This document shows positions 63,780-64,000 of a DNA stretch of 64,000 nucleotides, in pieces. Each line of letters opens with the position of its first letter. The first letter of the stretch is position 1. The notes under the pieces are model-generated. The model was not told the DNA's origin, made no database searches, and worked only from the letters and a program-made list of their open reading frames with translations. A program made the position numbers and the translations under genes. Source of the stretch: Bacilli bacterium (lineage in GTDB: Bacteria; Bacillota_I; Bacilli_A; RF39; UBA660); assembly GCA_017936845.1 (NCBI GenBank), contig JAGBES010000001.1, positions 11,026 to 75,025 on the forward strand, written 5' to 3'.

Positions 63780-64000
63780 ATGTTTGCTGAATTTTTGACC
63801 CAAAATGAATTCTTTGAAGAATATATAAAATTATTTGCAACTAGATTTACAATGGGAAGTTTAAAAGTAGAAGATAATATAATAGATTTAACTTCAAAAC
63901 AAAGAGCAATAGAATTATATAATAATATGAAAGCATTTACAAAATTAATAAAAGAAAATCCAAGTAAATTAACACCATATGATGTTATTGATATAGCTGA
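63780..64000 (+). CDS. Hypothetical protein, 5' part only (possibly Fic/DOC-family N-terminus); continues beyond the window
   Basis: The ATG at 63780 follows AAAAGGA and the frame is open to the window end: MFAEFLTQNEFFEEYIKLFATRFTMGSLKVEDNIIDLTSKQRAIELYNNMKAF.... The resemblance to Fic N-terminal regions (H.SN.IEGN.LT) is loose. Confidence 0.3.
   Translation, partial: MFAEFLTQNEFFEEYIKLFATRFTMGSLKVEDNIIDLTSKQRAIELYNNMKAFTKLIKENPSKLTPYDVIDIA

Noticed and set aside
1-64000. CRISPR arrays, rRNA genes, IS elements, prophage structural genes, and the possibility of Mollicute-type genetic code 4 (given the extreme AT-richness and Mollicute-ICE-like T4SS flavour)
   Set aside because: No regularly spaced repeats and no rRNA-like or transposase-like sequences were seen. 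All long genes are intact under code 11, with Trp encoded by TGG and TGA acting as a stop (for example the disrupted AAA ATPase ORF at 15944-15946). Sporulation and germination genes also argue against a Mollicute.

Overview
Very AT-rich chromosomal segment from a low-GC Bacillota (Firmicutes) spore-former, Clostridia- or Erysipelotrichia-like. Long ORFs are intact under the standard bacterial code. Housekeeping backbone: P-type Ca2+-ATPase (5' end off-window), cspA, hpf, tRNA-Arg(ACG) and tRNA-Pro(UGG), rluB-like, ferredoxin, gerXA-XC-XB germination operon, rlmD, sodA, PBP2, rpmG (missing from the ORF track), efp, an SDR, a PLP lyase-family gene, and infC-rpmI-rplT behind an L20-type leader. 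Accessory content: (1) An agr-type quorum-sensing locus: a LytTR regulator and AgrC-like kinase converge on agrB and an untracked 40-aa agrD. (2) Decayed accessory genes: an orphan MvaI/BcnI-like nuclease beside the tRNAs, RhuM, a RhuM remnant and a disrupted AAA ATPase. (3) The stand-out is a ~25 kb island (about 20.9-46.2 kb). It joins a complete Tad-type (type IVc) pilus module (CpaB, CpaF/TadA, TadB, TadC, Flp-like pilin, TadE-like minor pilins, TadZ) directly to a Gram-positive-style type IV secretion module (two VirB2-like proteins, VirB6-like, VirB3-like, VirB4 split in two ORFs, SpoIID+CHAP wall hydrolase, lipoprotein, VirD4 coupling protein). The island also encodes several Cys-rich exported proteins and has no recognisable relaxase, integrase or replication gene. 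(4) A compact T7SSb-like locus (52.4-62.2 kb) has EssC, EsaB/YukD, three DUF4176 paralogs (two broken) and WXG100-like helical proteins. It has no EssA/EssB/EsaA between the flanking housekeeping genes. All family calls rest on motifs read by eye and remembered family patterns. No database search was possible, so novelty claims are unverified.
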